Notes: generated from the letters alone by a model not told the origin. 64,000 nt of DNA from Candidatus Latescibacterota bacterium (GCA_965217865.1 CBDCJO010000002.1:960001-1024000), one strand, 5' to 3'. Counted from the stretch's first letter, positions 19,652 through 29,491 are shown. Program-made: numbers and translations.

Positions 19652-21898
19652 TCAATTGCGCCTCTCCCATTCTGAGATCTGATAGGCAAACTCCATTGGC
19701 CGTTCGGTCGGGGGCTGCGCCGGAAGGCAGATCAGTGCGCACGCGGTCCCGCTTCTTACGACCGATCCGGGTAAAGGGGCTTGAGATGCCACCAGGCCGT
19801 TTCCAGAGATGGATGTCCTGAGCCCCTCGATGCTCAGACGGTTTATGGCCTGCCGGAGGGGAAGACCATTGAGATTCGGGACGGAGATATCAAATGGGCT
19901 ATGCGCCACCATCATCGGTTTGCATTTAACGCTGATCCGGACATCGGAATTCAGGGGTTCTCCCGCCTGAACAGACTGCTCTGTAACAAAGGCCGCGTGC
20001 GACCGGTATGGGACCTCGAAGGTTGCGTTTATCCGATATCTTGTAAGCACCTTCTCGGCTGATTGTAGGGAGAGTCCGATGATATTGGGCATCACCATAG
20101 GTCGGTTTACACCGGGCTGACTGTTTTGGATATCGTTCTTCGCGAGTAAGGATGGTCTAAAGTTTTGTCTTCGCGTGAGGACCCGTTGCATGATTCGGCG
20201 AAATGTGGGCGAAGCAACCGCACTCGCCCAATGCGTTTCGGTTGGACGGTCTATGGCCACGAGGCAAAGAAGGCTGGGATCATCTGCTGGCAGGAAACCG
20301 ACAAAGGATGATACGTAGGCCCCGCTCTCATATCCTCTTTTTCCTTCCGCCACTTGTTGAGCCGTGCCGGTTTTCCCCGCGATGTCGTAACCAGGAAGGG
20401 CTGCGGATTTTCCGGTCCCGTGTTTTACAACCCCCATTAAAAGATCAACCATGGTCCGACTGGTGCTCTCTTTGATGACTCGACGGCCCCTCCTGTGGGG
20501 GATCTCAACCGGACCAGCCCCGCCCGGACCGGACACCGATTTAATTATCTTCGGCTTCATCAAGATTCCATCGTTGGCTACGGCTGCGTACGCAAGGGCA
20601 AGCTGAAGGGGGGTAACCAGAACTTCTTGACCGATGGCGATGGTCTCTAGTGATCGCTTCGACCAGACCGAGGGTTGGTGAATGAGGCCCCGGGCTTCGC
20701 CAGGGAGTTCAATGCCCGTACGGGAATCGAACCCGAACCGGTTGGCGTATTCGTAGAGACGGTCTGCACCCAACCGGCGTGCCACCTTGATCGCACCGAT
20801 GTTGCTGGATTCCTCAACGACCTGTTTGAACGTGAGCAAGTTGTGGGGATGGGAGTCCCTGATGTATCCTCCGTGTACGGCGATTCGACCGTTTTCACAG
20901 AAGATCTCGTCTTCGGGTCGGACGATTCCCTGATCGATGGCTGCAGCCGCCGCGACCAGTTTAAAGGTCGACCCCGGCTCGAACATGTCGGTGATTGCGC
21001 GATTGCGTCGTTTTTCGGGTTTATGATCTCCTGGATGGTTCGGATCGAAAAGGGGGACATTGGCCATCGCGAGAATTTCCCCCGTTCGCGGGTTCATCAG
21101 TATGGCGACCCCAGCCCGTGCCTCGAATTCTTCGACCGTGGAAAGAAGCTCATCCTCTACAATCCATTGATAGTCGGCGTCTATTGTCAGGGCCACGTCC
21201 GAACCGTCTTCGGGTGGGGTCAGAACCTCTCCCCTTTCCGCCAGGAACCTGCCAAGGGCATCCACCTCCGAGACCATAATTCCGGATTGGGCTCTAAGGT
21301 GGTGGTCGAGTCCCAATTCCCCACCCTCGATCCCGATGTTGTCGATATCCGTATACCCTAGAATATGGCATCCGACAGTGCCCAACGGGTAATACCGCTT
21401 CATCTCCACAAGGTTTTGGACTCCGGCATGACTTTCCCGTCCAGCGGACCTTACGACATCGTAATCGAGCTTTCGAGCGAGCCAGGCGAAACGCCGTTTT
21501 CCCACGAGGGTTTTCAAAAGATCCGATTCATCGATCTCGGTCATTCTGGACAGGATTCTAGCGACCGTCCTGGGCTTTTTTACTTCCGCATTATCGGTGA
21601 CAAATAATGAGATAGTTTTGAGATTTGTGGCTATCTCCCTTCCATGCCGATCAAAGATGCGACCCCTTCTCGCATCCAGGACGACACTTTTTTTGTGTTG
21701 ATCATTTGCCCTTTCAAGGTAGGACGCTCCCCCCCAAACCTGGATCTGCACAAGCCTTAGGACGAGAACCGCCCCGAATAAGATCGCTCCCCAAAAAGTT
21801 AAGGTGAGACGGCGGACATGGTCCTTGGAAGTCGCCGTCGGCAAAGAGCTGGGTTTCGGGGATAATATCGTAAGGTTTTTGTTCAACCGGTTTTTCAT
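19652..21898 (-). CDS. ftsI: Class B PBP FtsI with two C-terminal PASTA domains
   Basis: RG.IFDR, R.YP.G, EPGSTFK (SxxK), SSN, KTGTAQ; MPNIIG and VPNLNG PASTA starts. Confidence 0.93.
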   Translation of the reverse strand: MKNRLNKNLTILSPKPSSLPTATSKDHVRRLTLTFWGAILFGAVLVLRLVQIQVWGGASYLERANDQHKKSVVLDARRGRIFDRHGREIATNLKTISLFVTDNAEVKKPRTVARILSRMTEIDESDLLKTLVGKRRFAWLARKLDYDVVRSAGRESHAGVQNLVEMKRYYPLGTVGCHILGYTDIDNIGIEGGELGLDHHLRAQSGIMVSEVDALGRFLAERGEVLTPPEDGSDVALTIDADYQWIVEDELLSTVEEFEARAGVAILMNPRTGEILAMANVPLFDPNHPGDHKPEKRRNRAITDMFEPGSTFKLVAAAAAIDQGIVRPEDEIFCENGRIAVHGGYIRDSHPHNLLTFKQVVEESSNIGAIKVARRLGADRLYEYANRFGFDSRTGIELPGEARGLIHQPSVWSKRSLETIAIGQEVLVTPLQLALAYAAVANDGILMKPKIIKSVSGPGGAGPVEIPHRRGRRVIKESTSRTMVDLLMGVVKHGTGKSAALPGYDIAGKTGTAQQVAEGKRGYESGAYVSSFVGFLPADDPSLLCLVAIDRPTETHWASAVASPTFRRIMQRVLTRRQNFRPSLLAKNDIQNSQPGVNRPMVMPNIIGLSLQSAEKVLTRYRINATFEVPYRSHAAFVTEQSVQAGEPLNSDVRISVKCKPMMVAHSPFDISVPNLNGLPLRQAINRLSIEGLRTSISGNGLVASQAPLPGSVVRSGTACALICLPAQPPTERPMEFAYQISEWERRN

Positions 21899-22194
21899 CT
21901 TGGACCGATAAAAATATTTTCTGGAAGGCCAGGGGGCGTCATCATGGACAGTTCTTTAGTGACGATCTTGACAATCCTTTTTCCCTGCGATAATTGTTCC
22001 AGGTTGATTGAAACACCCCTGTGCTCCTCAAGCAGATTTTCTTTCTTTTCGCGAAGGAGGCTTAACTCTCCTGCCAGTTCCATAACCACCAGGTGTTGAT
22101 AGAGATAGATTAGCATGCTCCCTGTGACCAGGACCGTCAATAAAAGATATTGGGCCATGGCTTGGTAGAACCTGTTTAGATTTTTTGTTCTCAA
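21895..22194 (-). CDS. ftsL: Cell division protein FtsL
   Basis: Small TM plus leucine coiled-coil protein between rsmH and ftsI. Confidence 0.8.
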   Translation of the reverse strand: MRTKNLNRFYQAMAQYLLLTVLVTGSMLIYLYQHLVVMELAGELSLLREKKENLLEEHRGVSINLEQLSQGKRIVKIVTKELSMMTPPGLPENIFIGPR

Positions 22195-22251
22195 TCTGGA
22201 CCCAGGAAAATTCGAACGGAGAAGGAAGCGGATATCATCAATTAGCGATAT

Positions 22252-23181
22252 CTAAATTTTCTGAGTCATTCTTAAGGTCGCACTTCTCGACCGGGGGTTA
22301 TCTGCGATTTCGTCCGGACCAGGTTTCCATTTTCGCTTTCTGCGAAGATATCTGACCGTCGCCTGTACCCCGCAACGGCAGAAAGGAAAATCTGGAGGGC
22401 AGATACAGCCTCGAGTCCAGTCCGAAAAGGCTCGTTTGACGGTTCGGTCTTCTATGGAATGGTAACTGATCACTGCAATTCTTCCCCCGACCTTTAGAAA
22501 GTCGACAGCTTGCCGAAAGGCATCGCGAAGGTGTTCGATCTCGGTGTTGGCTTCGATTCGGATCGCCTGAAAGATTCGCGCAAGGGTCTTTTGAGGTTGA
22601 TCACGCGGTATGACGGCCCGGATGATTGCACTCAAATCTCCAGTTCGGAGAATCGGTCGTTGTTCCCTTCGTATGCAGATCGCTTTTGCGATCCGAGATG
22701 CCTTACGTTCCTCTCCAAATTCCCGGAAGATTCGAAGGAGTTCCTCATATGGGGCCGAGTTTATAATTTCCGAAGCCCTCCGGGCCTCCTTCCCCATTCT
22801 CATGTCAAGAGGACCATCGAGCCGATAGCTGAACCCTCGGGAAGGCTCATCGATCTGATGAGACGAAACTCCCAGATCGAACAAGGCACCGTCGATCTTT
22901 TGTATGGAAATGTCGCGCAGGCTGGATTCAAGATGCCAGAATAGATCGCACTTCAGGACGACCCGGGAGCCATATTCAGACAGGAATTCTGCTGAGGCTT
23001 CAACGGCCGACGGATCCCGGTCGATCCCAATAAGCCCGCCTTTTTCCGAAAGTCCGGACAGGATTTCTGCAGCGTGCCCCCCACCGCCTACGGTCGCATC
23101 GAGATAGAGCCCGTCGGTGTTTGTGATCAATCCCTCCAGGACTTCCGACACGAGGACGGGACGGTGAAATTCGCGTGGCAC
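22252..23181 (-). CDS. rsmH: 16S rRNA C1402 N4-methyltransferase
   Basis: H.PVL..E, DATVGGGGH, DLGVSS.Q, PLDMRM, FQAIRI, SYHS.EDR, NPRSRSA. Confidence 0.97.
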   Translation of the reverse strand: MPREFHRPVLVSEVLEGLITNTDGLYLDATVGGGGHAAEILSGLSEKGGLIGIDRDPSAVEASAEFLSEYGSRVVLKCDLFWHLESSLRDISIQKIDGALFDLGVSSHQIDEPSRGFSYRLDGPLDMRMGKEARRASEIINSAPYEELLRIFREFGEERKASRIAKAICIRREQRPILRTGDLSAIIRAVIPRDQPQKTLARIFQAIRIEANTEIEHLRDAFRQAVDFLKVGGRIAVISYHSIEDRTVKRAFSDWTRGCICPPDFPFCRCGVQATVRYLRRKRKWKPGPDEIADNPRSRSATLRMTQKI

Positions 23182-23237
23182 ATTTCAAAATGGGTTCGAA
23201 AACTGGATGGAATACTAATTCGTCTTTTTTTTGAATA

Positions 23238-23681
23238 TTAAAAGAGGTCCGTCAATTCGGCCACTTTCCCGGGATCGATGTTGGCCATGTGACGCTCGTA
23301 ACGCTCCGGATTCCAGATTTCCGCGTGATCCCCAGCGCCGATCACGGTGACGTTATCCAGGACATCGGCCTTCGTTAATAGCCTTTTATTAATGGAAACA
23401 CGACCCTGACTATCGATCCGAACCTCTTCTGAATTGGATGCAAAGTAGCGTAACAGATTCCGGCTATTGGCCTCGGAGACCGATGCGCCTTTCTGAATTT
23501 TTTCGATGAATTCCCGCCAGGATTGGGGATCGAATACGGCAAGACAGCCGTCCAACCAGGCTGCAATGATACAGGTCGCGTCCGTGTTTGAGGGGAAAGC
23601 TCCGCGGATTTTTCGAGGAAGAATTATCCGGCCCTTCGGATCGACCGGAATGGGACCATGTTCGCCGAAGAATGAAGGCAT
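23238..23681 (-). CDS. mraZ: Division/cell wall cluster transcriptional repressor MraZ
   Basis: Two DxxGR motifs (DPKGR, DSQGR), G.GDH.EIW; first gene of the dcw cluster. Confidence 0.93.
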   Translation of the reverse strand: MPSFFGEHGPIPVDPKGRIILPRKIRGAFPSNTDATCIIAAWLDGCLAVFDPQSWREFIEKIQKGASVSEANSRNLLRYFASNSEEVRIDSQGRVSINKRLLTKADVLDNVTVIGAGDHAEIWNPERYERHMANIDPGKVAELTDLF

Positions 23682-23730
23682 CGTTGTCGGTGGGATAAAT
23701 CAAAGGATGGAAATCCCAATATAGGGTGCT

Positions 23731-23770
23731 ATCACCACTTAGCCACCATTATTCACCACAATACACCACC
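23731..23770 (-). promoter_or_regulatory. MraZ operator: four TGGTG direct repeats at 10-11 bp pitch
   Basis: CACCA on the + strand at 23733, 23744, 23754 and 23764, just downstream of the promoter; matches the known MraZ GTGG-type repeat layout. Confidence 0.8.
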
Positions 23771-23773
23771 GCA

Positions 23774-23801
23774 AGTATACGAATTCTGAATTGAAAGTCA
23801 A
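23774..23801 (-). promoter_or_regulatory. Sigma70-type promoter of the dcw cluster
   Basis: TTGACT-16 bp-TATACT on the - strand. Confidence 0.65.
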
Positions 23802-23935
23802 GACGATTCTTCTTTTCTATCAACAAAAATAACAACTTGTGCTCATATGGGCAGTTGTCTTTTTAAAAGAATTTCGAGCAAATTAATAGGTTCCACATGG
23901 AGATTTTTCCCGAATTGGGGTCGACTAAATTCCTG

Positions 23936-23964
23936 TTGACAATTTCCGCTATCTGCGCCATCAT
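23936..23964 (+). promoter_or_regulatory. Sigma70-type promoter with no downstream credible CDS
   Basis: TTGACA-17 bp-CATCAT. Confidence 0.5.
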
Positions 23965-23969
23965 TATTT

Positions 23970-24163
23970 GGCCATTTAAAGAAGGCTCTTTCGAACAACA
24001 AGCTTGGTGTCGCAGGTAACGGAAATACGGAGTCCTTACAGGGACAGTGGGATCCTTAACTTGACCGAGGACCAGGCTTTGTGGAGGGGGTTTCTCACCA
24101 AAACGGGATCACCCTGCGGTCATCTTCCACCGATGCCCTCAAGACGCTGAAGGTTCCTTGGCC
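23970..24163 (+). ncRNA. Candidate structured ncRNA (~190-nt rod with large internal bulge; 6S-like)
   Basis: Nested complementary helices pair the 5' half to the 3' half; G-U pairs favour the + strand; starts at the expected TSS of the upstream promoter. Confidence 0.45.
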
Positions 24164-24469
24164 GCAAATCGATCGATTTTGGAAGGAAGGTCCGGGGAGG
24201 TTTGAAAGGGAAAGTTTAAACCCTTCGATTCCGGCCGCCAAAGGGCCGCTCCCCCTCTTCTGTTCATTTTGTTCGCTCAGGACAACGTCGACTACGACCT
24301 GAAACGGCAAAAGGGAGATGGGGATACGGTAGATCGGAGGAGAGCGTTGGATGGAGGTTTTAAGTTCCTGGAGAATGGGGAAGTGCGGGGCGTAGCGGTA
24401 TGGGCGAGGTCTGTGGAAGTGTGGGGGAAGTCTCATCCCTTTGGAGCAGCACGGGGAAGATCCTCCCTT

Positions 24470-25186
24470 TTACTGGAGGGTCACGTCGTAGCGGGTTCCT
24501 TTTATCCCCCCGTCGGGCTCGTGGGGAGGGCTTTGCGGCTGAGGGTTCCGATCGGGAGGCTTCCAAGATTTAATCTCTTTCAGTCTGTCATCGATGGTTC
24601 GACGTTTTTTATTCGCGTCCTGTACCCGTTTCAGAAGTCGTTCGGCGGCCGGAGTATAGGATTGGCCGCTCAAAGCCCCGGCCACAGGATCAGGGGGGCC
24701 TTTTCCCGAGCTTAATAGCTCCGGACTCCAGTCGGCCGCTTTTGATAGGGCATCGACCTCCAGGACCATTGCATCGATCCGGTCGCTCTGGAGGCATGCG
24801 ATGTCGAGTATAAAGTTGAGTGACGCCTCCTTCCGGATGGTGAGGGATTCGAGCATCTCAGACGGCGAAATGATGTCCCGGGCCGTGCCGTTTCGACGGA
24901 GTTTGTAAGCATTGATCGTGAGCCTTTTCAGATCAAGCAAACGTTCACCAATCCTGAGATCGACCTTCTCGCTCCTTTCTTCGGCCTCTTTGATATGGGT
25001 GAGGAGCTCATCCGGCCCCTTCAGAGTTTCAGGCAAAGAAATACGATTTCGACGGATTCCGCGTCTCCGTAAACGCCGCCGGTCCAACCGATCCGCTATA
25101 GGGTCGCCCCACTTCATGGCCGACAAGATCGGGAGGACCAGGAACAATAACATGGCGAGAAAATAGATCATGTCGTGTTTAATCAT
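24470..25186 (-). CDS. Hypothetical protein with N-terminal membrane anchor and coiled-coil region
   Basis: Long ORF, hydrophobic N-terminal helix, near-consensus promoter directly upstream of ATG 25186. Confidence 0.6.
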   Translation of the reverse strand: MIKHDMIYFLAMLLFLVLPILSAMKWGDPIADRLDRRRLRRRGIRRNRISLPETLKGPDELLTHIKEAEERSEKVDLRIGERLLDLKRLTINAYKLRRNGTARDIISPSEMLESLTIRKEASLNFILDIACLQSDRIDAMVLEVDALSKAADWSPELLSSGKGPPDPVAGALSGQSYTPAAERLLKRVQDANKKRRTIDDRLKEIKSWKPPDRNPQPQSPPHEPDGGIKGTRYDVTLQ

Positions 25187-25193
25187 CGTTCGA

Positions 25194-25222
25194 AGTATAA
25201 GACACGTCTTAAGGGATGTCAA
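25194..25222 (-). promoter_or_regulatory. Sigma70-type promoter
   Basis: TTGACA-17 bp-TATACT. Confidence 0.75.
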
Positions 25223-25363
25223 CCGGGAATAGGGCGGGCAAAATGAAGTGAAATAGCACAAATGGAACGAAATTTTTTCGGAGTTTCGAAGTGAACATCC
25301 CTGTCCCTCAACCCAATACGGTTTGGGTTTCGCTGCCGACAGGCTGCAAGAATCGGAGGCCTT

Positions 25364-27340
25364 GTGATCGGGGAGTTCGAGGCAGAGCGTAAGCCGAAGG
25401 CAGAGGCCCCTTTCGAGAAAACCATCTTATCGTCCGGGGTGACGCCGAGGGCTGTGTTGATCGGGACCCTTCTGGGTGTCCTGCTGGCCTTCCTTGCCGT
25501 CAGCCAGCAGGCGATGGGAGGGGGGTTGGCAACCGATGCGTTCGGGACGGGGGCGTTATTCCTGCTGTTTTCGCTGATCTGTGTGGACGGTCTGCTGAAA
25601 AGGATCCGGATTATCCGATCTGGACTGAGACGGCAGGAGCTTCTCGTCGTCTTCTCGATGCTTCTGATGGTCTCGTCGGTCCCGATCAGTGGGACGGTGA
25701 TGTACCTGATCCCAAAGCTGGCCGGTTTCGCCCATTATGCCACACCGGAGAATGAGTGGGAAGGGCTTGTATTGCCTCTTCTGCCCGACGGCCTGGTCAT
25801 CAAGAATTCCGCTGTCGCGAAAGGATTCTTTGAAGGACTGGGGCCTGAGGAGGCGTTGCCGTATGGGGCCTGGATCGGACCCCTGGCCGCATGGGCGGTG
25901 CTATTGGCCGCCTTTTACTTCACGATGATCTCCCTGATGGTGATCTTTCGAAAACGGTGGATCGATCAGGAACGGTTGCCGTTTCCGATGGCGCAGGTTT
26001 CCCTGGCGATGGTGGAGAGCCAAACGAACGGGCGTCCGCTGCTGCGTAACACGGTATTCTGGATGGGGTTTTCGTTCTCTGCAGCCGAAAGGTTGTTGAG
26101 TCTCGCAAATCGGTTCATTCCCATGATCCGCCCGATCAATCTCTCCTTTTACATATTTTATCGCAACAAGATCCAGGTGATGGGCTATACCAATCTCATC
26201 GCAATCGGAATAAGCTATCTTGTTTCAGTCGAGATTTTGGGCAGCATTCTCCTGTTCACTCTTATCACTTATGTACAGCTTTATTCTCTGATGCTGTTCA
26301 GCAGCCCTCTCCTCGTCAGTCCGCCCTGGCGACCCCGCGTCATCTATGGCAATCTGCATCAGGAGGCATTCGGAGCGTTGATCGTGCTCGTGGGATTCGG
26401 GATCTATGAGGCTCGAGACCATCTGAGGGATGTGTTCCGCAAGGCCTTCCGATCCGATCCGGAGGTGGACGACCAGGATGAGATGCTTTCCTATCGGATG
26501 GCGGTGGTCGGATCGATCGTCTGCATCGCATTCATCAGCTTTTGGCTCTGGATGACTGGGATCTCAAAATGGGTGGTGCCCCTCTTTGTTTTAACGATGG
26601 TGGCGACCTTTCTGGGCGTGACAAGGATCCTGGCCGAGTCCGGCGTGGTGATGCAGGCCCCGCTGAGCCCCATGCAGGTGTTTCTTCACTCGGTCGGCAC
26701 CCGCATACTTGGGGGGGCCACCACAGCCGGATTTTTTCTAGCTCAACCGTGGGCCTTTGCCGATGGGGCGCATTATCGGATTCCCAACGGGTCGCACGTC
26801 ATGGCAAGCGCATCAACCGCTTTGAAGCTGACCTACCGACCCGGAGTCCGGACCCAGCCCCTTTTCTATGCCTGCTTCCTGGCCCTGATAGTCGGGGGTG
26901 TCACGGCTGCTACGGCTCTTGTCCATTATGCCTATGCTCTCGGAGGCTATGGGTTTGCGAAGAGCGGGTTTGTTGTCCAAAGCCTGAACTATCACCTCAA
27001 CTACTATGGAGGGGTCATAACGGATCCCACCGAGGGGCAACCTGTTAGACTCCTCTGGTCCGGTATCGGGGCCGTTGTCATGGGATTGCTGTTCTTTGCC
27101 CGAAAGCGGTTCTTCTGGTGGCCGATTCACCCGATAGGCTATCCCATCGGAACGATCTACCTGTCGTTCTGGTTCAATGTCTTCCTGGCGTGGCTGATCA
27201 AGCGGAATGTGTTGAAGTACGGCGGTCCGTCGCTGTACGGTCGTTCCAGGCCTTTCTTTTTCGGGTTGATTCTCGGTCAAGCCGTAATCTCGAACGCGGG
27301 ATCGATTATCGCGTTGCTGGCGGGACGTACCTGGCCATAG
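25364..27340 (+). CDS. DUF6785/DUF6784-type polytopic membrane protein (putative transporter)
   Basis: GVTPRAVLIG, ELLVVF.M, W..QERLPFP, RILAESG, WWPIHPIGY, YGG..LY...RPFF.GLILG; many TM helices. Confidence 0.72.
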   Translation: MIGEFEAERKPKAEAPFEKTILSSGVTPRAVLIGTLLGVLLAFLAVSQQAMGGGLATDAFGTGALFLLFSLICVDGLLKRIRIIRSGLRRQELLVVFSMLLMVSSVPISGTVMYLIPKLAGFAHYATPENEWEGLVLPLLPDGLVIKNSAVAKGFFEGLGPEEALPYGAWIGPLAAWAVLLAAFYFTMISLMVIFRKRWIDQERLPFPMAQVSLAMVESQTNGRPLLRNTVFWMGFSFSAAERLLSLANRFIPMIRPINLSFYIFYRNKIQVMGYTNLIAIGISYLVSVEILGSILLFTLITYVQLYSLMLFSSPLLVSPPWRPRVIYGNLHQEAFGALIVLVGFGIYEARDHLRDVFRKAFRSDPEVDDQDEMLSYRMAVVGSIVCIAFISFWLWMTGISKWVVPLFVLTMVATFLGVTRILAESGVVMQAPLSPMQVFLHSVGTRILGGATTAGFFLAQPWAFADGAHYRIPNGSHVMASASTALKLTYRPGVRTQPLFYACFLALIVGGVTAATALVHYAYALGGYGFAKSGFVVQSLNYHLNYYGGVITDPTEGQPVRLLWSGIGAVVMGLLFFARKRFFWWPIHPIGYPIGTIYLSFWFNVFLAWLIKRNVLKYGGPSLYGRSRPFFFGLILGQAVISNAGSIIALLAGRTWP

Positions 27341-27439
27341 GGTGAACCCAGATGGGGTGTGAACAGTCGGCAGAATTTCCGGTTGCGAAAAGGAGGGGGG
27401 TCGGGGAAGAATCTTGAAGCCTTGAGAAGGGACTCCGTT

Positions 27440-28789
27440 TCAGAAGGTCTTTTTAAACAAATTTTTCACGAATTTCCGCCAGGGAGCCGGTTTTCGGTAT
27501 TCCTTTTCCGAAAGTTTATGAACTTCCATGTTTGAAAGCGCGTCCTTTAAATAGACCTGTAATTCAGGCCTGTCTTTGAAAATCTCCTTTTGTAAAATCT
27601 TTGCGTAAGATATCGAGGTCATCTCGCTGGAGGGTGAATAGAAATGAGCCACTTGCTGTCCAAGGCGAACCTGCATCCCAATATAAATCGCAAAGGCGAA
27701 TAATGTCATCGTGAAATATTTTTTCGTTTTCTCTGACAGGGCCAGTTGACAGAGGAGTAATGAAAGCCCAAGGGATGGGATATACAGAGTACGAGGATGC
27801 GGGGTCATCGTGGAATGGAGGGAGAAAAGAAAAATCCAACTCAATGCAAAAATGGTGTTTTGGTCTTTCCACCCGTGCCCCCCCCGATTGCGGAGCGAAA
27901 GGGTGAGAAAGAAAATGGCGCCGATGAATATTCCGATGACGATTCCAACGGCTGATTCGAAAAGATCCAAGGGAAGGAAATTATAAACCACGCCTTCTAT
28001 GTAATGGATAATCCTGCCGATGATAATTGTAAAGGTGGTGCTTCCTTTCAATTGGCTCTCTGTGAAATCGTAGGCGTTTGGGTTCAACCCCGCATGAGGG
28101 CCCTGAATTATGAATTTGGTTAGGACGTATCCCGCCAAGAAGAAGAGCGGAAACAGGAGTATGAGTAGCCTCCTGATCGGTAATTTCTTCGTCGGCCGGG
28201 ATTCTTTGAATTTTAACACACCCAACAGGACCATCCCTGGACCCCAGAGGAGGCTCACCTCTTTGGTCAAGAGGGAAATAAACCAAAACGCAGAAGCCAA
28301 TACGGCATGGACAAGCATAGGTTGATCCATCCTGCACATGGAGGTCCACACGATGGTAGCAGATAGAAGAAACAACATCGCAATCAGATCGTTGGATTCA
28401 CTGAGCCATACGATCGCATAGGCGTTTCCACCCAAAAGAGACCACGTGCATACGGTTAAAAAAGCAACAGGGGGCCTTGTGCCGATCCTGATAAGAATGA
28501 AATAGGCCAAACAACCGTTGATCATATGCAATGTTAGGCTCAAGAAGTGCATGGGAAATGAATTCAGCCCAAATAGGCTGTATAGAATCGACATCCACAA
28601 GGTATATATGGGTCTCCGATAGTTGGTTGTGTGCCAGAAATTATATTGCGACAAGGGGGTCAGGAGAGCGAAATCGTTTCCCACAAGGCCAAACGTGACG
28701 GATTGTCCATAGGTTATAAAAACCAGCGTGCAGAAAGCAACGTAGGGAAGATATTTGGATTTAATTATGTCGTTCGCTGTCGGATTCAT
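27440..28789 (-). CDS. GT-C (PMT/ArnT-like) polytopic membrane protein
   Basis: N-terminal DF..L, YRRP, H.LSL.LH..N..L, A..W, SLLTKE, R.LYIPS.G; visibly AT-richer than its neighbours. Confidence 0.6.
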   Translation of the reverse strand: MNPTANDIIKSKYLPYVAFCTLVFITYGQSVTFGLVGNDFALLTPLSQYNFWHTTNYRRPIYTLWMSILYSLFGLNSFPMHFLSLTLHMINGCLAYFILIRIGTRPPVAFLTVCTWSLLGGNAYAIVWLSESNDLIAMLFLLSATIVWTSMCRMDQPMLVHAVLASAFWFISLLTKEVSLLWGPGMVLLGVLKFKESRPTKKLPIRRLLILLFPLFFLAGYVLTKFIIQGPHAGLNPNAYDFTESQLKGSTTFTIIIGRIIHYIEGVVYNFLPLDLFESAVGIVIGIFIGAIFFLTLSLRNRGGHGWKDQNTIFALSWIFLFSLHSTMTPHPRTLYIPSLGLSLLLCQLALSEKTKKYFTMTLFAFAIYIGMQVRLGQQVAHFYSPSSEMTSISYAKILQKEIFKDRPELQVYLKDALSNMEVHKLSEKEYRKPAPWRKFVKNLFKKTF

Positions 28790-28892
28790 ACCGGAATGTT
28801 TTCTTGTTATTTGATGGTTGTCCTAAATTTCTGGTTGGACGGAAATCCTGAATTACTTCAGGGGGGACTTTTTGACCACCGGATAACCGCAT

Positions 28893-28927
28893 AAAAAAAC
28901 GCCGGGGCCAGCCATGGCACACCGGCG
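28893..28927 (-). terminator. Intrinsic terminator after the CBS-korAB-CBS operon
   Basis: CGCCGG...CCGGCG stem next to A7 (U-tail on the - strand). Confidence 0.6.
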
Positions 28928-28954
28928 GTCTTTTCAAAAATGATCACTGTAGGT

Positions 28955-29491
28955 TCAGTCTGAATTTCGGGTGGCAGCGGGACCAAGATTTGTGCCAATG
29001 AATTGCACCATTCCCCGGAATGAGGTGAGGGATTGGGGTCGTCCTTCGTCGTCTACAATCGGGATGTGGCGGAAGCCGTGGAGCGACATGAGATGGAGGG
29101 CGTGGGCGATCGGTACCGTGGCCTTGAGTGCGGTGGGATTGGATGTCATAACCTCAGAGACCGGGATGGCGGACAGATCGCGTACCTCGCCGGCGACTTT
29201 GTATAGAACGTCCCGTTCGGTAAAAATGCCGATCAGCTTTCCGTCCCCCCCAGTGATCAGCAAGGCCCCGACATTGTTGGACCTCAACTGTGAGATTACC
29301 TCATCGAGCGGGGTTTCCGGGAGGACGCAGATGGGCGGTGGGGGTTCCAGCACCGAGATGGGATCGTTCACGATGCTGAACTGGACCTCCGTGGATGGGG
29401 TTGAGATGTCTTCCTGCGTAAGGCTGGCCTGACACTCATCGCACTCATCCACGCCCGGGATGTTGTCGTGGCCGCAACTTGGACAAATCAT
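28955..29491 (-). CDS. Zinc-ribbon plus CBS-pair protein
   Basis: CPSC..CDEC N-terminus, GIFTERD, GFRHIPIVD; ATG overlaps the korB stop (TGATG). Confidence 0.85.
   Translation of the reverse strand: MICPSCGHDNIPGVDECDECQASLTQEDISTPSTEVQFSIVNDPISVLEPPPPICVLPETPLDEVISQLRSNNVGALLITGGDGKLIGIFTERDVLYKVAGEVRDLSAIPVSEVMTSNPTALKATVPIAHALHLMSLHGFRHIPIVDDEGRPQSLTSFRGMVQFIGTNLGPAATRNSD

Noticed and set aside
24181-24195. GGAAGGAAG resembling SRP RNA domain IV
   Set aside because: The flanking CAGG and GCAGC of the SRP motif are absent; the RNase P GAGGAAAGUCC motif was also not found
24095-24715. ORFs 24095..24436 (-) and 24269..24715 (+)
   Set aside because: No motif or clear RBS; they overlap the candidate RNA or the 24470..25186 gene
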